Below, piece by piece: positions 8,501 through 14,821 of a stretch of DNA of 38,609 nt (position 1 is the first letter of the stretch; the number at the start of each line of letters is the position of its first letter). The DNA lies in IMG/VR virus record IMGVR_UViG_3300027826_000003, positions 1 through 38,609 of that record; one strand, written 5' to 3'. The notes under the pieces are model-generated. The model worked only from the letters and a program-made list of their open reading frames with translations, was not told the DNA's origin and ran no database searches. This DNA is from a virus. Made by a program: the position numbers and the translations under genes.

Positions 8501-10644
8501 TCGCCGGTTCCTAACACGTAGCAGTTGAGGAACTGGTAATTGCAGGTATCGCCGGGCGTCGCGCTCGCGAGCTGGAGTTGGGAATTGGCGTCGGTGGAGA
8601 CGGCGTTGGCGCCTCGCCAGTAGAACCCCAGTTTCATCCGGTTCGCGAATGCGACCTGGGGGAAACTGTCGGCGAGCTCGCCGATGTTGTAGCCGACCTT
8701 GAGGTTTCGCGAGGCGCTCGAGTCGAACGGGAAGAACGTCGTATCCGTGAGGATCGGGACCGAGCGGCTGCTTTCGGGGCCGACCGTGCCGGAGTGTGCC
8801 GTGATCCACGAGTCGAGCGCGTTCAGCACGAGCGTATCGCCCGTGCTGGCGAACTTGTCGGCGACGCGCTCGATCCGGATCGCGTCGGTCGGGGTGTTGC
8901 CCGACGCGTTGTTATTGGAGATCGTGACGGTGATCGTCCCGCTCGTCGAGGTGACCGTCGCCAGGTCGCTGAAGCGATACAGGAGGTCGTTGCGGTCCCA
9001 CGTCGGGGCCTGGGTCGGGTCGAGGTCGACGTGCGTCGTGCTGTCGGCCGTGATCGTGTAACGGACCGAATTCGACCAGCCGCCGGCGCCGACGTAGCCG
9101 CCGTAGAACGTGTCGGGAAGGTTCCGGCTGACGTAATAGCTGCCGGCCGGCACTCCGGTGAACGTGTACGTGGCGGTGGCGGTGTGGTCCGTCGTGTAGG
9201 ACAGGCCGCCCGAGCCGTCGCCGTTGAAGCTGAAGAGCTGGAACGTCGCCGACTGTGCCGTGTACGGGTTCCAGGTGCCGGTACTGGTCCATCCGGTGCC
9301 CTGGTCGTCGATGATCGCGGCATGCTTCGGACTGCCGACGTAGAAGCTGACGAAGTTGTCGCCGGCGCCGCCGCTGCCGCTATACAGCGCCTGGCCGAGC
9401 GATACGGGCGTGCCCCCGTTCTTCGTGATGGTGCAGCCGGTCGAGTTGGCGCCGACGACGGGCGTCGCGTGGCCGCTGCCATCCTTGACGCAAAGCGCGA
9501 GGATGTTGCCGCCGGGCAAGAGCCCGCAATTCGGGGCTGTCCAGTCGATCACCGCTTGCGGGCTGACGATCGTGAACGGGATCGCGAGCGGCAAGAGATT
9601 GCCGCCGTTCGACACGTTCACGGTATAGCCGCCGTTGCCGTGGCCCGAACCGATCGCGAGCGTCGCGGATTCCTGGTCGGAGCCCGTCGACGAGAGCGTG
9701 ATCGTCGTCGGCGTGAACGATCCTAAGGCGCTGGTCGGCGTGAAGACGACGGGCGATCCGGGGGCCGTCGCGCGGAGCCATCGGAGCGTGACCGTCAGGT
9801 TTCCCGGCGAGTGCGCCGTGCCGCCGAACGAGAGCGAATAGAGCGCGGCGTAAGCGGGCTTCGTCGGCGGCCCGCTGACGACCGACGTGCCCGTGACGCT
9901 CCCGGAGAGCGCGCCGAGGATGCCCAGCTCGGGGCTTGCCCCGGTGATGGGCACGGCGTCGAGCAAGGGCACCGTCGACGGGAGCGAGGCGGTCGGGATC
10001 GCCACGGCCTCGATCACTTCGGCCGGGTAGCCGGCCGCGAGGTTCGTGGTGTCGGCGGACGTGAAAACGGTCGCGGTCGCAATCTGGTTTGTCAGCGTCC
10101 AGAGGCCGAAGTCGGCGATCGACATTCCGACCGGCGCCGACCAGAAGCCGTTATAGCCGAGCACGAGGTGCGCGGTCGACGATGCGAGCGAGCTGACCCC
10201 GTTCGCCACGGTCCGCGTGATCGGCACGAGCACGCCGTCGAGCCAGATGTTGAGCGGGCCGCCGCCGCCGGAATAGCCGGTCGTTCCAAACGCGTTCCAG
10301 TCGACCTCGAGATAATGCCAGAGCCCGTCGCCGTCGAGTGCCGCGAATGTGTCGCTGTTGGATTGCCAGACCTGAAAAGCCGATGCGCCGTTGGTGACGA
10401 CGAACTGAAGACGGTTCGCCGCGGCGCCGCTGTCGTACTGATAGGTGAACCAGAGCGCATTATCCGGCGCGGAGTTCCCGAACTGCGAGACGAGATTCAA
10501 AAGCCCGCTCGTACCGATCGCCGTCGTGCCGCTGGCCAGGGTAAAGGCCAAGTGAAACGCGAACCCGACCGACCCGTTCAGGAGCGTCGACGCCCCGAAG
10601 TCGATCACGTCGGTCGTCGCGGTGAATTTGCGGGCGCTGGACAT
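5563..10644 (-). CDS. Giant 1693-aa multidomain virion protein. It has an N-terminal LamG-like lectin domain, beta-rich and CBM-like domains, a clan GH-A-like TIM-barrel glycanase interrupted by four repeat modules, a (PT)15 linker and a basic Pro-rich tail.
   Basis: Single uninterrupted ORF. The LamG-like signature is WHYLEVDW..LNIWLDGVLV..LVLGYNG. FEYTNEHWN (Glu codon 7279..7281) and CNYEAGP (Glu codon 6268..6270) resemble the acid/base and nucleophile motifs of clan GH-A enzymes. The repeat modules occupy 6613..7035. Confidence 0.8.
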   Translation of the reverse strand: MSSARKFTATTDVIDFGASTLLNGSVGFAFHLAFTLASGTTAIGTSGLLNLVSQFGNSAPDNALWFTYQYDSGAAANRLQFVVTNGASAFQVWQSNSDTFAALDGDGLWHYLEVDWNAFGTTGYSGGGGPLNIWLDGVLVPITRTVANGVSSLASSTAHLVLGYNGFWSAPVGMSIADFGLWTLTNQIATATVFTSADTTNLAAGYPAEVIEAVAIPTASLPSTVPLLDAVPITGASPELGILGALSGSVTGTSVVSGPPTKPAYAALYSLSFGGTAHSPGNLTVTLRWLRATAPGSPVVFTPTSALGSFTPTTITLSSTGSDQESATLAIGSGHGNGGYTVNVSNGGNLLPLAIPFTIVSPQAVIDWTAPNCGLLPGGNILALCVKDGSGHATPVVGANSTGCTITKNGGTPVSLGQALYSGSGGAGDNFVSFYVGSPKHAAIIDDQGTGWTSTGTWNPYTAQSATFQLFSFNGDGSGGLSYTTDHTATATYTFTGVPAGSYYVSRNLPDTFYGGYVGAGGWSNSVRYTITADSTTHVDLDPTQAPTWDRNDLLYRFSDLATVTSTSGTITVTISNNNASGNTPTDAIRIERVADKFASTGDTLVLNALDSWITAHSGTVGPESSRSVPILTDTTFFPFDSSASRNLKVGYNIGELADSFPQVAFANRMKLGFYWRGANAVSTDANSQLQLASATPGDTCNYQFLNCYVLGTGDDAYGFPLANRTGQWSFNFNTSGNPTLAIEDGGQSAVGVSSDPPYTGGPGTNIIWRQTPNYTSQPKPFYNPALQLNCTSSGSTDDFIYLNWIHDPDTPDDWPHTAHPHFLARLATYNPTYPYAITGSKFPGGFLRGQHFIGVLNSHFANYSDEHSTSNLSYYIDSRILTIGVTAFDPVTSSDPTTLAIAQRVFPQSVNNSVIKVTCASPHGLATGHQVLFNVNTQIFADTGSVILTGTLNGTAVVTGLSSTTGLRNGMEVLGTGIPYDTQIQSVDSSTQVTLKNAASVTATESLTFGCTKIDSTHIIYVLDATHFILQSYSDSQASGGPDPTTLLASHTPDGAGTLTLEMGGGAAPTKEHVQIAHECGMIPWIQVPVWATDSFVMDAFADVNAVLSAGESVAFEYTNEHWNGGAETPVPQMVLNSNDLTGQWLASSGATGWPCAQTGPSWSYYYAHRAAQCHALAMSMWTGIPSVEIDGGFAQSGALAIAYATISGGAVTGITVTNEGIYYTSPPAVVISGGGGSGATATANLDGSGHVTSITVNTGGSGYTSAPTVQIAPRRATGHVTVAGGAVTGIVLDYPGLGYGSTPTVRIAGGYGSGATATATVSGGVVTGLTLTAGGSGYTTTGRDPAKLIRIMGGWTGQSTVPPAIGDWCLWTGRTFDRFAPDGYQDTNPTAAHYDNALSSGTITAWMEQCYPDDFVDLYGLASLYSGRYAISAGQLALLSAPQYVGQFSNVKLCNYEAGPSDLDPYYAYDPTSRNNFALRAKNAHATQRSPRFYRAHLAELQYLDQQMNVAEYTRFAIDGFGGPSYGQAWNVYPSALQTSVGTGTIGENANPANVAAMVPEDGGAELYYMGIPSPTPTPTPTPTPTPTPTPTPTPTPTPTPTPTRRRFAFDRRQKLVQAEYAGPLVLNPSPPITAPVPAVASVTLAPTAGPPPTTPARAPAPPDARPRRARADTAPNPPRPAGGQRGKGRF
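5827..5916 (-). repeat. Coding (Pro-Thr)x15 linker inside the 1693-aa gene.
   Basis: Codon-by-codon reading gives 15 consecutive PT dipeptides. Codons are mixed synonymous, and the 18-nt unit cgttggtgtcggtgtggg occurs twice. Confidence 0.9.
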
Positions 10645-10710
10645 GGGGCGGCTCTATGTAAGGAGCTCCGTCTCTGTGTACCGAGCTCCGTCTCTGTGTA
10701 TGGAGTTCCC
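10645..10710 (-). repeat. Degenerate tandem array with a 20-bp period in the 5' leader of the 1693-aa gene.
   Basis: 10661..10680 (aggagctccgtctctgtgta) and 10681..10700 (ccgagctccgtctctgtgta) share 18 of 20 nt. Degenerate partial copies sit at 10645..10660 and 10701..10710. On the coding strand each unit reads TACACAGAGACGGAGCTC(C/G) and contains an SD-like GGAG. Confidence 0.85.
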
Positions 10711-10736
10711 GCCGCGGCCGGTCGCGCAAGGGAACG

Positions 10737-10764
10737 CCCGGCCCGGGAGAGGCCCCGGGCCGGG
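10737..10764 (-). terminator. GC-only 11-bp hairpin just downstream of the major capsid gene. It may be an attenuator, but the U-tract is weak.
   Basis: cccggcccggg-agaggc-cccgggccggg forms a perfect 11-bp stem with a 6-nt loop. On the minus strand it is followed by CGTTCCCTT. Confidence 0.4.
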
Positions 10765-10795
10765 GTCGGATCACTGGAGACTCAGACGATCGGCG

Positions 10796-11947
10796 TTACT
10801 GCGTGCAGAGCAGCGAGACGAGCCGCTTCGAATTCTCGGCCGCGACGAAGACGTCGTGGAGCAAGAGACCGCGGACGGCGTTCGCGAACGTCGTCTGCAG
10901 GCGAAGCGCCTCGATTTCGGTAATCTGCGCGGCGTAGCTGATCGCCTCGTTGTCGCCGAACAAGAGGTACTTGTTGCCGCCGCTTCGGGGAACGTGCGGC
11001 GTCTCGTACACCGCGAATCCGGCGACCATCCCGACGAAGCCGGGGGCCTCGGCCGCGGTGCGAGCGACTTCCTCGCCGCCGACCAGGCCGTACTGGACGA
11101 CCTTGTCGCCGAGCTCGCCGGCGCGCACGAAGTGCTCGGTATCCTGCAAGAGCAGACCCGTGGTGTCCGGGTCGACGATCGCCCACCGGCTCCCGGTCGT
11201 CGCCGGCACGTTGGCTTTCGAGAGGATCGACCGCGCCTGGACGAACTGCGGGTAAATGTCCGTGTTGGTCACGGTCGTACCCGTCGAGGTCGTCAGCGTC
11301 AGCGCGCTCGCGGTCGTCAGCACGACGTAGGGTGCGACGGTGTAGTTATTGCCGCCGGCCGTGATCGTGACGGTGTTGATTGCGCCGCCGGAGACGGTGC
11401 ACGTCGCGGTCGCGCCGTTGCCCGTGCCGCCGACGAACTGGATCACCGGGGCGGTGGTGTAGCCGCTGCCGCCGGAGTTGATCGTGACCGAGGTCACGGC
11501 CCCGCCGGAGATGACGGCCGTCAGGCTCGCGCCGGTGCCGGCGGTCGGAGCGCCGAGGGCGACGCCGGCCGACGAGTAGGCCGAGAGAAGCTTGGCCTCG
11601 ACCGTGTTGTTCATCGCGACGACGGCCCGCTTCATGTAGACGTCCATCGCGTTGACGTCCGACTGCGCCTTGTCGAGGTCGTCGACCTCGAACGCGAAAT
11701 ACTCGCCGTCGCTGACGGTGAAGCTTTCCTTCGTCGGCGTGAGGTCCTGGTAGCTGATCGTCGCTCCACGGGAATAGCTCCCCATGGAGATGTTGCCGGC
11801 GGTGCGGACCCACACCGTCTTGTTCTGACGGAGGTCGCCCTCCCAGTTGCGATTGACCAGGGGCAACATGACGTTGATCTGGTCGAGCTTGGTCACGAGC
11901 CGTTCGGACCACGCTTCTGAATTGAAAGCGGCCAGGTTGTTTGCCAC
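10796..11947 (-). CDS. Major capsid protein (HK97-fold, P22-coat-like N-terminus) with two inserted ~35-aa repeat modules.
   Basis: 383 aa with a GTG start 7 nt after AGGAGG. It lies immediately downstream of the scaffold-like gene. The N-terminus reads NLAAFNSEAWSERLVTKL..VNRNWEGDL..KTVWV. The inserted modules are at aa 135-210 (11318..11545). Confidence 0.8.
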   Translation of the reverse strand: MANNLAAFNSEAWSERLVTKLDQINVMLPLVNRNWEGDLRQNKTVWVRTAGNISMGSYSRGATISYQDLTPTKESFTVSDGEYFAFEVDDLDKAQSDVNAMDVYMKRAVVAMNNTVEAKLLSAYSSAGVALGAPTAGTGASLTAVISGGAVTSVTINSGGSGYTTAPVIQFVGGTGNGATATCTVSGGAINTVTITAGGNNYTVAPYVVLTTASALTLTTSTGTTVTNTDIYPQFVQARSILSKANVPATTGSRWAIVDPDTTGLLLQDTEHFVRAGELGDKVVQYGLVGGEEVARTAAEAPGFVGMVAGFAVYETPHVPRSGGNKYLLFGDNEAISYAAQITEIEALRLQTTFANAVRGLLLHDVFVAAENSKRLVSLLCTQ

Positions 11948-11963
11948 AACTTAGCCTCCTGTC

Positions 11964-12557
11964 TCACAGCCGGCCGGGAACACGTTCGCGGGCCGAGCTG
12001 CTACTTTCCGAGGTAACGGACTGGCCCCGCTCGGCGCCCGGGCCCGGCTTCCCGCTGGGCTGCGCCTGCGTTGCCCCGGCCGCTCCCGCGGCAGTCGTGG
12101 CCGCTCCCGCGGCCGGTGCGTCGACGAGCCAGGTACGGCCCTTCAGGGCCTCCTGAAACGCCGCCGCGATCTTCGTCTCGTCGGGCTCGTCGCCCTCGGG
12201 CTGGTACGCCGCGAGCTTGACCAGGTCCGCGAGCTTGGTCGGATCGTTGACCTTGAGACCCTTCGCGACCTTCGCGAAAACCTGCTCGTGCTTGAGGCCG
12301 CGGATCGTCGCCTGATGCTGCGCGAGCGTTTGCTTGAGGCCGTCGGGGTCGGCCTCGGCCTTGACCTTGAAGGTATCCCGCTCTTTCGCCAGCGCCTCGA
12401 GCTGATCCTTCAATGTCTTCGTCTCGTGCCGCCGATCGCGGGCCTCGCCGCGCACTTCTTTGAGATCGTCGTGCGCGCCGGCCAGGTCGCGGACGAGCTT
12501 CTGATTCTCGGCCTTCAAACGGTCGAGTTCTTTCTGGAGGTCGTCGATCTCTGCCAT
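11964..12557 (-). CDS. Scaffolding-like coiled-coil protein.
   Basis: MAEIDDLQKELDRLKAENQKLVRDL... is acidic and helical with an Ala/Gly-rich C-terminus, and it sits directly upstream of the capsid gene. I prefer ATG 12557 (GGGAGGG upstream). The track start is TTG 12581. Confidence 0.65.
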   Translation of the reverse strand: MAEIDDLQKELDRLKAENQKLVRDLAGAHDDLKEVRGEARDRRHETKTLKDQLEALAKERDTFKVKAEADPDGLKQTLAQHQATIRGLKHEQVFAKVAKGLKVNDPTKLADLVKLAAYQPEGDEPDETKIAAAFQEALKGRTWLVDAPAAGAATTAAGAAGATQAQPSGKPGPGAERGQSVTSESSSSARERVPGRL

Positions 12558-12614
12558 GATGCGAAATGCCCTCCCGGGCAAAACGTCGCCGCTCTCGCGG
12601 CATCCGGACGCCGA

Positions 12615-13688
12615 TCACGTCGCCGTGATCTGAAACGTCCGCGTGAGATGGTTCGTCCCGCAGCCGACGACGGCCGGCAGCGAGGATGTGAGCGTGACCG
12701 CGACGGTGAACGTCCCCGTTGCCAGCGTCGACCAGCTCAGGGTTGCCGTCGTCCCGCCCGAGTAGCTGATCGTGACGGCGAGCGGCGAATCGAACGGACC
12801 GGGGCTCGAGCTGAACGTGAGCGTCGCCGTCGGGTAGTCGGGCGAGGCCGCGATGCCGGTGATCGTGACGCTGCCGGTGATGTGCCCCGTCTGATTGGCG
12901 ATCGGGTCGAACGCCGGCGGGGTCGCCTGCTCGGAATACGTCGCGCTGAACGTCTTGATCGTCGTGTCGGAGCCGCTACAGCTCGTGCCGCCGTTGTCGT
13001 GGACCTTGACACTGATCGTCACGGTGCCCGGCGCCGTCCCCTTCATCACGAGCGTGCCGGTCGCGTTGGGGTTCGTGTAGGTGATCGTCGGGTTCGGGAT
13101 GATCGAGGTATTGGAGCTCGTCGCGCTGATCGTGACGACCTGGGTCCCGCCGTCGCCGTCGGAGATGCCCGAGAGGGCGACGTTGTACGTGGTACCCGGT
13201 ACCTGGCAAAACGACTGCGTCGAGATGCTGTTGATCGTCGGGGCGTGGTTCACGATCGGCGTCGGTGCGATCGAGCCGAGCGTGTTACTGCCGCAAAACA
13301 GCGTGAACGCCGAGACCGAGTCGAGATAGTTCGGGATGCCCGTCGTCGTCAGGTGTACCGACTGCATCGGCGAGCGGATCGTGACACTGCCGGAGAACGC
13401 CCCGAACGTCGTCGTCGTGACGTGGCCGAGCGTGACGCTCGTTGTCGCGTCCATTACGCTGATCACGTACCCGACCAGGCCGGCGCCGGTGCAGCCGACC
13501 AGGTTCCCCGAGAAATTCGCGGTGCAGATCGGGGCCGGCCCGCCCAACTCGCTCCACGTCTGCCAGATGTCCTGTTCGAGCTGCACGAGCTGGCGGCTGA
13601 AATTCGCGAGCGCGTCGTCGAGCCGCTCTTGCTTCCGCTCGAGGGCGAGCACGCGCGTCTCTTGCGGCCCGAGCGCGTCCTCGCTCAC
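12615..13688 (-). CDS. Coiled-coil plus Ig-like-domain virion protein (fibre or decoration type).
   Basis: GTG 13688 lies in a GTGA overlap with the stop of a 43-codon ORF. The product starts with a coiled coil (VSEDALGPQETRVLALERKQERLDDALANF..), followed by Ig-like repeats (..VVTISATSSNTSIIPNPTITYTNPNATGTLVMKGTAPGTVTISVKVHDNGG..). The 404-aa track model (start 13829) has low GC3 in its first 47 codons. Confidence 0.65.
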   Translation of the reverse strand: MSEDALGPQETRVLALERKQERLDDALANFSRQLVQLEQDIWQTWSELGGPAPICTANFSGNLVGCTGAGLVGYVISVMDATTSVTLGHVTTTTFGAFSGSVTIRSPMQSVHLTTTGIPNYLDSVSAFTLFCGSNTLGSIAPTPIVNHAPTINSISTQSFCQVPGTTYNVALSGISDGDGGTQVVTISATSSNTSIIPNPTITYTNPNATGTLVMKGTAPGTVTISVKVHDNGGTSCSGSDTTIKTFSATYSEQATPPAFDPIANQTGHITGSVTITGIAASPDYPTATLTFSSSPGPFDSPLAVTISYSGGTTATLSWSTLATGTFTVAVTLTSSLPAVVGCGTNHLTRTFQITAT

Positions 13689-13816
13689 TTGATACTCCGG
13701 ATCTGATTGAGCTGCTGTTGCGCCGCGACGAGCCGGCGATTGAGCTCGCGGATCGTGCGGAGGAATCGCTCGGTCCGCCGTTCGCAGCCGAGCAGCCGTC
13801 GCCAGAAAGCGCCCAT
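13685..13816 (-). CDS. Small 43-aa basic helical protein, not in the ORF track.
   Basis: ATG 13816..13814. The product is MGAFWRRLLGCERRTERFLRTIRELNRRLVAAQQQLNQIRSIK. About 35 of 43 third positions are G/C, against roughly half in the overlapping frame used by the 404-aa model. Confidence 0.5.
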   Translation of the reverse strand: MGAFWRRLLGCERRTERFLRTIRELNRRLVAAQQQLNQIRSIK

Positions 13817-13825
13817 CGTTTCGCC

Positions 13826-14644
13826 TCACGCCATCATTGGATCAGTGCACGAGCAGTCGATGTTGACGTCGGCGAACCCGTCGCCGTTCGTGTCGAGCGA
13901 GAGCGTCAGGCACGTCGCCAGGTAATCGGCCTGCGAGTGATACATGCGGGCGAGCCGGGCGTACGCCGCCGATCCCTCGCTCGTCCCGATCTGCCCCTCG
14001 CACACGAGCGCGAGCGCCTTTTTCGCCGCCGCCTCGCGGATCTGATCCGTGAGCATGAGCGTGTTGGCGTCGAGCTGCTCTTGGAGCCAGGTCGAACGAG
14101 CGCCCGACCGCCGCGGGCCGAACGCCTGCGAGCCGATCACCATCGTCATTGCGGCGACGCGGTAGTGCGCGTGCGCGATGTCCTCGATCCACGAGCGGGC
14201 CCGGCCGAGCTGCTCGGCGAAGCCGGCCTCGTCGTCGCTCGTCTGAAGCTGGCGCAGCCAGGCCCGGCCGTATTTCAGGAGGTCGGCGTAGCTGCAATAG
14301 GTCGTCGGCGCCGCCGTCGAGCCGGGCGTCGGCATGACGTCGAGCTGCGCGATCAGGATCGCGACCGGGTCCTCGGCCGACGCCGTGAGCGTCGAGTAGA
14401 CCTCGTACCGGCCGAGCGCGAGTCCGGTCGTCTGCGCGGCCGTGATCGCGATCTGTACCTTACCCTCGGTATGGTCGATCCAGGTCGTCGTCGGGCTGAA
14501 CGAGTCGGCCCGGTTGCCGCCGGGCCAGACCTCGGTCGCGAGCGTCTCGCTCCCGGTGTACGTGGTGATCACGTTGCCGTTGCCGTCGGAAATCTGAAAC
14601 GTGATCGCCAGGGCGCTCCCCTGGAAAGCTTCGTAGACGAGCAT
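13826..14644 (-). CDS. Hypothetical virion protein with an Ig-like N-terminal half and a helical C-terminal half that faintly resembles gp6-type head-tail adaptors.
   Basis: 272-aa ORF. The segment ..TTYCSYADLLKYGRAWLRQLQTSDDEAGFAEQLGRARSWIEDIA.. resembles connector-family N-termini. The functional call is weak. Confidence 0.55.
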   Translation of the reverse strand: MLVYEAFQGSALAITFQISDGNGNVITTYTGSETLATEVWPGGNRADSFSPTTTWIDHTEGKVQIAITAAQTTGLALGRYEVYSTLTASAEDPVAILIAQLDVMPTPGSTAAPTTYCSYADLLKYGRAWLRQLQTSDDEAGFAEQLGRARSWIEDIAHAHYRVAAMTMVIGSQAFGPRRSGARSTWLQEQLDANTLMLTDQIREAAAKKALALVCEGQIGTSEGSAAYARLARMYHSQADYLATCLTLSLDTNGDGFADVNIDCSCTDPMMA

Positions 14645-14647
14645 AGT

Positions 14648-14815
14648 TCAGCTCCCGAGGCCCGTGGGGTCGATCGCGCGATAGGGGTCGGGCCGCACGG
14701 TCGCGTCGATCGCACGGTAAGGGTCGGGCTGGATTGTGGGGACGACCGCGACCGCCGCCAGGCCCCCCGTGACGAGGAGCTGGGGGCTCAACATGCCGCC
14801 GACGATGATCGTCAC
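14648..14815 (-). CDS. Small 55-aa membrane protein with a duplicated PDPYRAID motif, not in the ORF track.
   Basis: GTG 14815, with AGGAG 10 nt upstream. The product is VTIIVGGMLSPQLLVTGGLAAVAVVPTIQPDPYRAIDATVRPDPYRAIDPTGLGS. GC3 is very high. The ORF fills the gap between 14822 and 14644. Confidence 0.5.
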   Translation of the reverse strand: MTIIVGGMLSPQLLVTGGLAAVAVVPTIQPDPYRAIDATVRPDPYRAIDPTGLGS

Positions 14816-14821
14816 GGTGGG

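Noticed and set aside
10645-10710. A CRISPR-like array, suggested by the 20-bp tandem repeats.
   Set aside because: The repeats abut each other with no spacers, only about 2 full copies exist, and no cas genes are present. I interpret them as a leader or regulatory repeat.
12615-13829. The full-length 404-aa model for the Ig-like protein.
   Set aside because: Its first 47 codons have about 50% A/T at third positions and junk-like sequence. The alternative frame there has about 80% G/C at third positions and encodes a coherent 43-aa peptide. The model was split into 13685..13816 and 12615..13688.
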